A stretch of DNA of 64,000 nt from Chloroflexota bacterium (GTDB lineage: Bacteria; Chloroflexota; Dehalococcoidia; Lucifugimonadales; UBA2985): contig JAPPHY010000011.1 of assembly GCA_028877205.1 (NCBI GenBank), forward strand, positions 17,218-81,217, in the 5' to 3' direction. How positions within the stretch are numbered: the first letter of the stretch is position 1; every line of letters starts with the position of its first letter. The position numbers and the translations under genes are program-made. The notes under the pieces are model-generated. The model was not told the origin of the DNA and ran no database searches. It was given only the letters and a program-made list of their open reading frames with translations. This document shows positions 8,822-16,763 of this stretch, piece by piece.

Positions 8822-9847
8822 CTAGTCCGGCTTGCGAGCGTGGACGAAGTACATCGGCGTGAAGATGCCGAGACTGCCGGCGTCGACCATGGCCCGGGCG
8901 CACAGGTTCAGTGTCTCCGCTACTCGTACCGAGCCCTGCGGTGCAAGGCGTACGGCCTCGAGCACGCGGAGCGTATTGGTCGTTATCCAGCGTCCGACCG
9001 CGGTGCTGCGGAAGCTGGCGAATGACAGCCCGGAACCCACGAGCGGCTGATACCAGGGAATCGATGGGCCCGGCTGCGTGGCCAGGTCTCGCGCCTCCAG
9101 CACCTCGAATCCGACCTTCTGAAACGCGTCGTCGACCGTTGCCTGATCGTCGATCACGAGCAAGGCACCGCCCAGCTGAAGATCAGCCTTGATCCTGACG
9201 TGATTGGGGTCGTTGGGGTCAAACCGCTCCGTCATGCAGTACTCGTAGACGCCGAAATGGCCTCCCGGCTTCAGGAGGCGGAAGGCCTCGCCGTAGATGC
9301 TGGACTTGTCCGGCGCGTGGGCCGACGCCTCGATGGAGTAAACAGCATCGAATGACCCGTCAGGAGCGTCAACGTGCAGGAAGTCACAGAGCATGAACTC
9401 GGCCAGGTGCGTCAGCCCCGCCTCTTCAGTGAACCTGCGGGCGTGCTCCAGCTGGTAGGCGCTGGTGTTCACGCCAACGATCCTGGCCCCGCAGTGGCGG
9501 GCGATCTCCAGCAGCGGCCCACCGACGCCGCAGCCAAGGTCGGCGACCACCATACCGGGCTTCAGTTCCAGCGCGTCAGCTAAGTTTCGCTCATGCCTGG
9601 CAATCGACTGCCTGAAGCTCTCGCCCGGAACGCGGGGCGCAAAGTGAAAGGACCGGCCCCATCCATACTCGTAGAAGTCCGTGGCGAGGTTGTAGTAGAG
9701 GTTGCTGACGTTCTTCTCGGCGCTCTCGGCGGCCTTTACGCCGCCGTCCCTGGCGGCAGTGAAGTCCTCCTCATACTCGCGGACGGTCGAGGCGATTACA
9801 GAATCTCCTGGCTTTTCCTTCAGTGTCCTGGAGAGCCTGAATGGCAT
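8822..9847 (-). CDS. Sterol C-24 methyltransferase (Erg6/SMT)-family SAM-dependent methyltransferase
   Basis: Collinear with yeast Erg6 as I recall it. YYNLATDFYEYGWGRSFHF (SMT region I), ADLGCGVGGP (SAM motif I), YSIEASAHAP, LLKPGGHFGVYEY, IPWYQPL, and C-terminal FTPMYFVHARKP (Sterol_MT_C-like). Confidence 0.8.
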   Translation of the reverse strand: MPFRLSRTLKEKPGDSVIASTVREYEEDFTAARDGGVKAAESAEKNVSNLYYNLATDFYEYGWGRSFHFAPRVPGESFRQSIARHERNLADALELKPGMVVADLGCGVGGPLLEIARHCGARIVGVNTSAYQLEHARRFTEEAGLTHLAEFMLCDFLHVDAPDGSFDAVYSIEASAHAPDKSSIYGEAFRLLKPGGHFGVYEYCMTERFDPNDPNHVRIKADLQLGGALLVIDDQATVDDAFQKVGFEVLEARDLATQPGPSIPWYQPLVGSGLSFASFRSTAVGRWITTNTLRVLEAVRLAPQGSVRVAETLNLCARAMVDAGSLGIFTPMYFVHARKPD

Positions 9848-9952
9848 CGAAACGTACCCCGCAGATCTTGGGAGGGTGTGACAACTGCGACTCTACCGAT
9901 GCAGTGCCGCCGTGTCAACCTTGGAGGCGGCGCAGCTCAGGCCCGACCGTGG

Positions 9953-10696
9953 CTAATTCCTGTAGGACGAGTCCTTCCGGTCGATCGTGCGCAGGAGCCA
10001 GGCCCACTCCAGGTCTACGGGCTCCCTGTCTGCCAGGGCAGCAGCCTGTTCAATGGCTGGCAAGGGCGCCCGGCGGATGGCTTGGCCGGTCGATTGGGCC
10101 AGCACCTGGACCTTGCACGCCTGCTCCAGCTGCCACATCCTGAGCCACGCCTCAGCGACGGAGCGGCCCACGGTCAGCAGGCCGTGATTGCGCATGATCA
10201 TCGCATTCTTGTCGCCGAGGTCGGTCACGAGCCGTTCTCGCTCGTCGATGTCCACGGCCACTCCCTCGAACTCGTGGTAAGCGACGCGCTCGTGAAACTC
10301 ATAGCCGTCCTGCTGAAGCGGCATCAGCCCTTTCGCCAACGCCGACACCGCCATGCCGTATGGCGTGTGGGTGTGCATCACGCAGGTCACGTCGTGCCTG
10401 GCTGCGTGTATGGCGGAGTGGATGACGTAGCCGGTGACGTTTATTCTGTGATCGCCTTCGTCGAGGATGTTCCCGTCCATGTCGATCGTGACGAGGTTCG
10501 AAGCCGTGACTTCCTCGTACCCGAGGCCGTACTCATTGATGAGGAACTGGTCCTCCGTGTCCGGCACACGCGCCGTGATGTGGTTGTAGATGAGGGATGT
10601 CATGCCGAAGTGGTCGGTGAGGCGATATGCGGCGGCCAGGTCTACGCGGGCCTTCCACTCGGCATCGGGGAAGTTGCTTCGCTCATCCTGCGTCAT
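9953..10696 (-). CDS. Class II aldolase/adducin family protein
   Basis: GYVIHSAIHAARHDVTCVMHTHTPYGMAVSAL...MRNHGLLTVG. Confidence 0.85.
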   Translation of the reverse strand: MTQDERSNFPDAEWKARVDLAAAYRLTDHFGMTSLIYNHITARVPDTEDQFLINEYGLGYEEVTASNLVTIDMDGNILDEGDHRINVTGYVIHSAIHAARHDVTCVMHTHTPYGMAVSALAKGLMPLQQDGYEFHERVAYHEFEGVAVDIDERERLVTDLGDKNAMIMRNHGLLTVGRSVAEAWLRMWQLEQACKVQVLAQSTGQAIRRAPLPAIEQAAALADREPVDLEWAWLLRTIDRKDSSYRN

Positions 10697-10943
10697 AGGT
10701 AGCTCCTTGTCTCATGTGCCGCCGCGCAACCTACGTTGTGCCGGAGCGACACGGGTCAGAGTCTCTCCCGAATGGTACCGCCTGGTGACTGCCCCGTCCA
10801 GCGGCTGCATTGGTCGATCGTGCGCGGCCTGCCGGTCGTCGCCGGCCACGACCTTCGTACTCCTGTTTCGCGGGCAAGGCCCGTGATAACATGGTGCTCG
10901 GCCACCTAACGGCACCTGAACGCTGGCAACACAGGAGTAGCCC

Positions 10944-11138
10944 GTGGGTATTTCGGGCGTGAAGGCCCTGACCTTTGACGTATTCGGTACCGTGGTCGAC
11001 TGGCGCGGAAGCATCATCCGCGAGGGTGAGCAGCTGGGCAGGGCCAAGGGCATCGACGTCGACTGGTCCGAGTTCGCCGACAGGTGGCGTGCGGGCTACG
11101 CCCCCGCAATGGCCCGCGTGCGGAGGACCGCCGCGTGA
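10944..11138 (+). pseudogene. Truncated 5' fragment (about 61 codons) of a type II haloacid dehalogenase gene. It is a diverged duplicate of the start of the intact gene at 14528.
   Basis: MGISGVKALTFDVFGTVVDWRGSIIREGEQLGRAKGIDVDWSEFADRWRAGYAPAMARVR matches residues 1-60 of the 14528..15241 product. Similarity ends at 11125 and a stop follows at 11136-11138. Confidence 0.85.
10956..11125 (+). repeat. Left copy of the ~170-bp imperfect direct repeat flanking the island (partner at 14540-14709)
   Basis: Hand alignment gives 10 mismatches in about 170 nt, and 7 of them are synonymous third-position changes. Confidence 0.9.
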
Positions 11139-11436
11139 GGCTCGCCGGGGATGTGCGCCAGCTCCGTCGACTCGACAAGGGGCATCCGACTGAGGGCATC
11201 GAGTAGCAATCGGTCAAGGATCGCAATGCGTTGAGCGTAGCAGAGCTACGCCAACATCGGCATCTCTTAACGAAAAATCCCATTTGCAGCAAACGCCGAT
11301 GACAAATTTGACGTCTTGACGAAACATAGGCCGATGGCTCATATTCCAGAGAGATTGAGGATACATCACAATGACCAGCGGGAGACTCGTCCCATGATAG
11401 GAAAATCTGACTGCCCACTAGTTCGAGGAGGACCAG

Positions 11437-12552
11437 ATGGTCAGCCTAGAAGCTAACGAGGGCGACAAGATATCGGCGATCGAAGCGGATGTGGAGGTTG
11501 AGGACCAAGACGTCGATTCAGTTGCGCCGGTGCGCTACGAGATCACCAGCTTCGGCGTAGACTTCGATGTAGAGGGGCTCTTCCGTCGCCTCGAACGAGG
11601 CGAAATCGCAATTCCAAAATTCCAACGGAACTTCGTCTGGAGTCTCAGACACTCCTCTAGATTCATCGAATCCTTGCTGTTGGGTCTGCCCGTTCCCGGC
11701 ATCTTCTTGTCTCGAGACTTCGACTCGGACAAGTACGTGGTGATCGACGGACAGCAGCGCCTCAAGAGCCTCCAGTTCTTCTGCAATGGAGTGTTTAACC
11801 CATCGGCTGAAGCAAACACACAGCGGACGTTCAAGTTGACTGGGGTTCAGCAAGAGTTCGAAGGACTAACGTACCAAGAGTTGTCACCCCGCGACAGGTT
11901 CCGTATCGACAACTCCGTCATTCACGCAACGGTCGTCAAACAGGACGCTCCGGCCGAGGACAATACAAGCGTATACCATGTCTTTGACAGGATTAACAGT
12001 ACTGGCCTACGCCTGTCAGCCCAAGAGATTCGCAGTGCTATATGTCACGGCAAGTTCATTGACAAGCTTGGCATCCTCAATGAGCATCCAAGCTGGAGGT
12101 CGATGTTCGGAAGAGTACACTCTCGGATGAGGGACCAAGAGCTTATACTCCGTTTCTTGGCATTTTTCTTCGACGAGGCTCTCTACAACCCTCCTATGTC
12201 AGAGTTCTTAACCGTGTTCGTTCAGAAGAATCGGAATCCACAGGATGATTTCCTTACGGAGTCTAATGACATATTCACCCAAACAATGGATGCCTTCATG
12301 GGTGCTCTGGGTGAACGCGCGTTCCGTATTGAACGGGCACTGAACGCTGCCATATTCGACTCGATGTCTGTCGGCTTGGCTAGGAGGATTGCCTCGTCGA
12401 ACAACCTTCCTGAGCCCGAGCCAATTAAGGCGGCCCACCGTTCTTTAATTGAAGATCGAGACTACTTGGAGGCGGTATCACGATCCACTGCAGATGAGCG
12501 GTCTGTTTCCATACGCATGACGAAAGCCGTCGAGCGCTTCGCAGTTCTGTGA
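11437..12552 (+). CDS. DUF262 (ParB-like nuclease/NTPase superfamily) protein without a DUF1524/HNH C-terminal domain
   Basis: IPKFQRNFVW and VVIDGQQRLKSL (DGQQR encoded at 11746-11760). Also FDRINSTGLRLSAQEIR and MRDQELILRFLAFF. RBS GAGGAGG before the ATG. AT-richer than the flanks (the line at 12181 counted 27/60 GC). Confidence 0.8.
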   Translation: MVSLEANEGDKISAIEADVEVEDQDVDSVAPVRYEITSFGVDFDVEGLFRRLERGEIAIPKFQRNFVWSLRHSSRFIESLLLGLPVPGIFLSRDFDSDKYVVIDGQQRLKSLQFFCNGVFNPSAEANTQRTFKLTGVQQEFEGLTYQELSPRDRFRIDNSVIHATVVKQDAPAEDNTSVYHVFDRINSTGLRLSAQEIRSAICHGKFIDKLGILNEHPSWRSMFGRVHSRMRDQELILRFLAFFFDEALYNPPMSEFLTVFVQKNRNPQDDFLTESNDIFTQTMDAFMGALGERAFRIERALNAAIFDSMSVGLARRIASSNNLPEPEPIKAAHRSLIEDRDYLEAVSRSTADERSVSIRMTKAVERFAVL

Positions 12553-12553
12553 G

Positions 12554-13057
12554 ATGCGTAATCGGGAACTCGCAAGCCAACTCGACTCGCTGAAGTCCCT
12601 GCTGGCAGTTACAGACACCGCCACGGGCGGCAATATAGAGCTCGTTGGTCATTGGGGAAGGTATCTCTGTGTCTTGACCGCCGGCTTCCTCGAGAACGCT
12701 CTAAGAGAAGTGTTTAGCGAATTCGTGAGAAATGCTGCTAGTCCTCAGGTAGCTAGTTTCGCCACTAGGAGATTGGAGCGAATCTCCAACCCAAAATCGG
12801 GCCGCTTCATCGAAACCGCACAAAGCTTCGACTTCGTATGGGCTAGCGACCTAGAAGACTTCCTGAATGCGGACGGAGGACGGAGGCGAAATGCTATAGA
12901 TTCGATTATGAGCAACCGCAACCGGATCGCCCATGGTGAGAGTGTTCAAGTATCCGTTGGCCGGGTCCGGGAGTACCTACCCGGTTGCATTCAAGTTGTC
13001 GAGTTTATTGAGAATCAGTTGCTCGGCACTACATCTCACGAGCCTAGAGCGGTTTGA
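12554..13057 (+). CDS. HEPN-domain protein (R-x4-H; resembles the MAE_28990/MAE_18760-type HEPN family), predicted RNase
   Basis: All-helical 167-aa protein. IDSIMSNRNRIAHGES contains R122-N-R-I-A-H127 (12917-12934). The ATG lies 1 nt after the DUF262 stop (TGAgATG). Confidence 0.65.
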   Translation: MRNRELASQLDSLKSLLAVTDTATGGNIELVGHWGRYLCVLTAGFLENALREVFSEFVRNAASPQVASFATRRLERISNPKSGRFIETAQSFDFVWASDLEDFLNADGGRRRNAIDSIMSNRNRIAHGESVQVSVGRVREYLPGCIQVVEFIENQLLGTTSHEPRAV

Positions 13058-13347
13058 CACGATAGGCAGTGGGAATCGAAACCCTCATTTGGTTATAGGA
13101 GCAAGCCGCAACCGTAGGAACCCTCCGTCGGACTGCGGTGCGACGATACTCCATGAAGCAGCGGGAGACGCTCCTTAGTGAGGTGAGTCGCATCAGTCCA
13201 CCGAAGCCGAGAGCTGAGAATGAGCGGTTGACTGACTCAGGCCCCGGACTATGTGATCCCCCAAAATAGTGCGTCAAGAGTGTAAACTAGGACGTGAAAT
13301 ACCCCTTGGAGGACAGGTCAGCTGGCCGATTCTTTATCGGTAACCCC

Positions 13348-13683
13348 CTAGCTCCTTTTCTCTCCCCTTCCCAAGAAAGTCAAGGCTGTTGCGATTAGCA
13401 GAAGTATCGTAGCCAGTATATATGCCAAATAAACGGCAACAAACCCGACGACGGCCGATACGAGCATCAGGCCCGCCGCCAGCTTTGGCTTTGCCATTGA
13501 CAGCGCGGCCCCAACCAATCCAGCGATGGATGCAGCCAAGGCTACGAAGCCGCCCGAAGTTACTGTTCCCGCGTCCTCGGCCCCTAGTGCTCCACCAATG
13601 CCACCAACAATCAAGGCAAATATGGCGCCGACGAATCCTGCTATGGAACCCAAGACGCCTATGATTAGTCCTGCTATTCGCAA
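13348..13683 (-). CDS. Small Gly/Ala-rich integral membrane protein (3-4 TM helices)
   Basis: MRIAGLIIGVLGSIAGFVGAIFALIVGGIGGALG...LMLVSAVVGFVAVYLAYILATILLLIATALTFLG. Lies 15 nt downstream of the lipoprotein gene. Confidence 0.6.
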   Translation of the reverse strand: MRIAGLIIGVLGSIAGFVGAIFALIVGGIGGALGAEDAGTVTSGGFVALAASIAGLVGAALSMAKPKLAAGLMLVSAVVGFVAVYLAYILATILLLIATALTFLGRGEKRS

Positions 13684-13698
13684 TGAGTACCCCCTTCT

Positions 13699-14145
13699 TC
13701 ACTCTCCCTTGAGGATGCTGCACCCCACTACATCAATGGTGAAGGGGTCTCTATCCTCTCCCTCGTCTCCCTTGCCGCGCAGAGTTACCCGGTCCCCCTT
13801 TGCGAGCGATGCTATATCGTTCAGGTGGCTTTGACTGAAGTGGCATCGCACGTTTTCGAGCGTGAAGTCTCCAGTAACCAAGTCCACCCAATAGGCCTGG
13901 CCGTCGCCACCGCCAAAGTCGCTCACCGTGCCACTGAGCGCCAGCACCTTCCCGTCGTACTTCTGGTCGGCAGCAATCCTGTTGCTCTCATAATCGTCAT
14001 ACATTTGCCTGGCAGTGACCCGTACCTCGATGGGCGAATCGGCGATCTCTAGTTCTACCTGCTCCACTTCTTCTTCAGATACGGTGCAGGCTAGCAAAAC
14101 TGCCACTACAAGTACCAGGCACGCGGCGAATCTGGAGTAATTCAA
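13699..14145 (-). CDS. Lipoprotein with an OB-fold (tRNA_anti-like type) domain
   Basis: Signal/lipobox FAACLVLVVAVLLAC. MYDDYESNRIAADQKYDGKVLALSGTVSDF...VRCHF...GDRVTLRGKG. Same domain pattern as the middle of the 4016..5362 protease. Confidence 0.7.
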   Translation of the reverse strand: MNYSRFAACLVLVVAVLLACTVSEEEVEQVELEIADSPIEVRVTARQMYDDYESNRIAADQKYDGKVLALSGTVSDFGGGDGQAYWVDLVTGDFTLENVRCHFSQSHLNDIASLAKGDRVTLRGKGDEGEDRDPFTIDVVGCSILKGE

Positions 14146-14176
14146 TCAAACCTCTCCGAACGAATGGACTTTACTT

Positions 14177-14201
14177 ATAGTCTATGGACTCATAGTCTAT
14201 G
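14177..14201. promoter_or_regulatory. Putative operator: two copies of the palindromic ATAGTCTAT(G), 15 bp apart, in the divergent intergenic region
   Basis: ATAGTCTATG at 14177-14186 and 14192-14201. ATAG-N-CTAT is self-complementary. It lies between the lipoprotein gene (start 14145) and the XRE gene (start 14223). Confidence 0.35.
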
Positions 14202-14222
14202 CATTGGTAGCGTCACTGTCAA

Positions 14223-14453
14223 GTGGACGCATATCAATCGGCGTTTGGCCGACACATACGCTACATACGGATGCTGCAGGGTTCCACCCAAGAGGAGGTG
14301 GCACACCGTGCTGGCATTCATGTGACCTACCTTTCCGGTATTGAGAGAGGCCAGAGAAACCCGTCACTGAAAAACATCCGTGCCATTGCTAAGGCCATGA
14401 ACGTAAACACTGCCGACCTGTTCTCATTCGAGCCGGAAAGTAGCTCCGAATAG
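14223..14453 (+). CDS. XRE-family helix-turn-helix transcriptional regulator
   Basis: FGRHIRYIRMLQGSTQEEVAHRAGIHVTYLSGIERGQRNPSLKNIRAIAKAMNV. GTG start. Confidence 0.85.
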   Translation: MDAYQSAFGRHIRYIRMLQGSTQEEVAHRAGIHVTYLSGIERGQRNPSLKNIRAIAKAMNVNTADLFSFEPESSSE

Positions 14454-14527
14454 TGAGCATCATGGGTAAATGTGCTCACATAGAGATCGGATAGCTGGAT
14501 CGGCGGCTGGCAATCTAGGAGAAGCAC

Positions 14528-15241
14528 ATGAGCATATCTGGCGTGAAGGCCCTGACCTTTGACGTATTCGGCACCGTGGTCGACTGGCGCGGCAGCATCA
14601 TCCGCGAGGGTGAGCAGCTAGGCAGGGCCAAAGGCATCGACATCGACTGGGCTGATTTCGCCGACAGGTGGCGTGCCGGCTACGCCCCCGCGATGGCCCG
14701 CGTGCGGAGCGGCGAGCTGCCCTGGACCAGGATCGACGTGCTGCATCGCATGATCCTTTATGGCCTGCTTGATGACTTCGGCGTCACGGGCCTCAGCGAA
14801 GACGAGAAGGATCGCTGGAATCGGGTGTGGCACAGGCTCGCTCCGTGGCCGGACTCCGTGCCCGGCCTGACACGGCTGCGCCAACGCTTCATCGTGGCCA
14901 CGCTCTCCAACGGCAACGTGGCTTTGCTCACCAACATGGCCAAGCACTCAGGCCTGCCCTGGGACTGCATCCTCTCCGCCGAGCTGGTGAGGCGCTACAA
15001 GCCCGACCCGGAGACCTACCTTGGCGCGGCGGACCTCCTGGGCTTGCGACCGGAGGAGGTCATGATGGTGGCGGCCCACAAGGGCGACTTGAGGTCGGCG
15101 CAGGCGGTGGGCCTCAGAGCCGCGTTCGTTGCGCGACCCGACGAGTTCGGCCCGAGTGTCGAGGTGGACGTGACGCCCGAAGCGGATTTCGACGTCAACG
15201 CCGCGGACATCGAGGAGCTCGCTATCAAGCTGGGCTGCTAG
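14528..15241 (+). CDS. Haloacid dehalogenase type II (HAD superfamily), intact copy
   Basis: ALTFDVFGTVVDW (DxxGT motif)...ATLSNGN...RYKPDPETY...AAHKGDL. Confidence 0.85.
   Translation: MSISGVKALTFDVFGTVVDWRGSIIREGEQLGRAKGIDIDWADFADRWRAGYAPAMARVRSGELPWTRIDVLHRMILYGLLDDFGVTGLSEDEKDRWNRVWHRLAPWPDSVPGLTRLRQRFIVATLSNGNVALLTNMAKHSGLPWDCILSAELVRRYKPDPETYLGAADLLGLRPEEVMMVAAHKGDLRSAQAVGLRAAFVARPDEFGPSVEVDVTPEADFDVNAADIEELAIKLGC
14540..14709 (+). repeat. Right copy of the ~170-bp imperfect direct repeat (partner at 10956-11125)
   Basis: See the left copy. Similarity to the left copy ends at the same codon (61). Confidence 0.9.
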
Positions 15242-15360
15242 ATCCGAGTGGCGCGTTACAAGGGCGTTGGGTGAGCGAGCATCTGGTATAGTAGTGGCTG
15301 GTGTCTTAGCGAAGTTGTTTTCGACTTCATGAACCCAGGGATTCCATAAAGGAGGGCGTC

Positions 15361-16251
15361 GTGCCTGTAGAGCAGCATTCAGAAGCGATGGAGCGTATAG
15401 CGTCGCAGTCTCAGGAAGTGGAGTGGTTGGGCAGCGGGTATGGCGGCGGGGCTGTGGTGGAAGGGCCAGTGTGGTGGAAGGAGGGAGGATACCTCCTGTT
15501 CAGCGACATCGGCAGTAACCAGATACTGAAGTGGGCGCCCGGCGAGGGCGTCACCGTGTTCCAGGAGCCGTCCAACAACTCGAACGGCCTCACGCGCGAT
15601 CCACAGGGGAGGCTGATCGCCTGCGAACACGGAGCACGCCGCGTGACCCGCCAGGAACCCGACGGCAGCACGACGGTGGTGGCCAACAGCTATCAGGGCA
15701 GGCGGCTGAACCGCCCCAACGACGTGGTGGTGAAGTCCGACGGGTGTGTATACTTCAGCGACCCGGGAGCGCCGGAACCGAACCTGGAACTGGACTTCTC
15801 GGGTGTATACCGGGTCTCCCAGGATCTTGGGACGCTGACCTTGCTCGTCCGGGACTTCGTCATGCCCAACGGACTGGCCTTTTCCCCTGACGAAGGCGTC
15901 CTGTACGTAAACGATTCCCGCCGCGGGCTCATTCGGGCCTTCGACGTCCTGCCCAACGGCGTGCTTGCCCTTTGGACCGACCGCGTCTTTGCGGATGTGA
16001 GAGGCGAGCGTCCCGGAGTAGCCGACGGCATGAAGGTGGATGTTGAGGGCAACCTGTACTGCGGGGGGTCCGGGGGCATATGGGTCTTCGACCCCTCAGG
16101 CAACCACCTGGGTACCATCGATCACGGGGCGACGGCTACAACCAACATGGCCTGGGGTGACGACGACTGGAGGACGCTGTACTTCACCACTCGCGATAGC
16201 CTGGGAAGGGTCCGGTTGGGCATACCGGGTATACCGGTGCCTGCGACCTAG
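15361..16251 (+). CDS. SMP-30/gluconolactonase/LRE-like beta-propeller protein
   Basis: VEGPVWWKEGGYLLFSDIGSNQILKW...RLNRPNDVVVKSDG...PNGLAFSPDE...ADGMKVDVEGNLY. GTG start with RBS AAGGAGGG. Confidence 0.85.
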   Translation: MPVEQHSEAMERIASQSQEVEWLGSGYGGGAVVEGPVWWKEGGYLLFSDIGSNQILKWAPGEGVTVFQEPSNNSNGLTRDPQGRLIACEHGARRVTRQEPDGSTTVVANSYQGRRLNRPNDVVVKSDGCVYFSDPGAPEPNLELDFSGVYRVSQDLGTLTLLVRDFVMPNGLAFSPDEGVLYVNDSRRGLIRAFDVLPNGVLALWTDRVFADVRGERPGVADGMKVDVEGNLYCGGSGGIWVFDPSGNHLGTIDHGATATTNMAWGDDDWRTLYFTTRDSLGRVRLGIPGIPVPAT

Positions 16252-16262
16252 TCGAGGAGGCC

Positions 16263-16763
16263 ATGTTGACTGCGACAGACAGTGTCCTCAGTAACAACGC
16301 CAAATACGCCGAAACGTTCGACAAGGCAGGCTTGCCGGTGACACCGGCGCTCAGCATGGTGATCGTGGCGTGCATGGACGCCCGCCTCGACACCCACAAG
16401 CTGCTCGGTATACAGGAAGGCGACGCGCACGTCATTCGCAATGCCGGCGGCGTCGTCACCGACGACGTCATCCGCTCTCTGGTGATCTCTCAGCGCCTGC
16501 TGGGCACAAACGAGGTAGTGCTGATACACCACACGGATTGCGGGATGCTGACATTTCGAGACGACGACGTGAAGGATGCGATTCAGGCCGACACCGGCCT
16601 GCGGCCATCCTTTGCGATGGAAGCATTCGACAATCTGGAAGCGGACCTGCGCCAGTCCATCGGTCGCATCAGGGCCAGTCCCTTTGTCCCGGCGAAAGAC
16701 CAGATTCGCGGCTTCGTCTACGACTGCGGCACTGGGCGTCTCAATGAAGTTTCGTCGAACTGA
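16263..16763 (+). CDS. Beta-class carbonic anhydrase
   Basis: VIVACMDARLD...HVIRNAGG...VVLIHHTDCGM. Confidence 0.85.
   Translation: MLTATDSVLSNNAKYAETFDKAGLPVTPALSMVIVACMDARLDTHKLLGIQEGDAHVIRNAGGVVTDDVIRSLVISQRLLGTNEVVLIHHTDCGMLTFRDDDVKDAIQADTGLRPSFAMEAFDNLEADLRQSIGRIRASPFVPAKDQIRGFVYDCGTGRLNEVSSN

Noticed and set aside
11136-11138. Whether the TGA ending the truncated HAD fragment could also be a recoded selenocysteine codon
   Set aside because: Similarity to the intact HAD paralogue stops 11 nt before this codon, and downstream sequence in that frame is not HAD-like. It is simply the first stop after the breakpoint.
11126-11262. Minus-strand reading frame just inside the left island junction (…AQRIAILDRLLLDALSRMPLVESTELAHIPGEPHAAVLRT…), possibly a remnant of a lost island gene
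   Set aside because: It spans only about 49 codons between stops, with no start codon or RBS and no motif I can recognise. I cannot distinguish it from noise without a database search.
13071-13084. T-arm-like GGGTTTCGATTCCC (minus strand) inside the island, a possible tRNA-derived attachment site
   Set aside because: I could not fold the flanking sequence into acceptor, anticodon or D arms, and the T-stem itself does not pair. It is too weak to call a tRNA fragment.
13138-13144. GTGCGAC resembling a group II intron 5' consensus in the non-coding part of the island
   Set aside because: There is no intron-encoded reverse transcriptase and no recognisable domain V/VI. Only about 290 nt of non-coding DNA is available. 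This is a chance heptamer.
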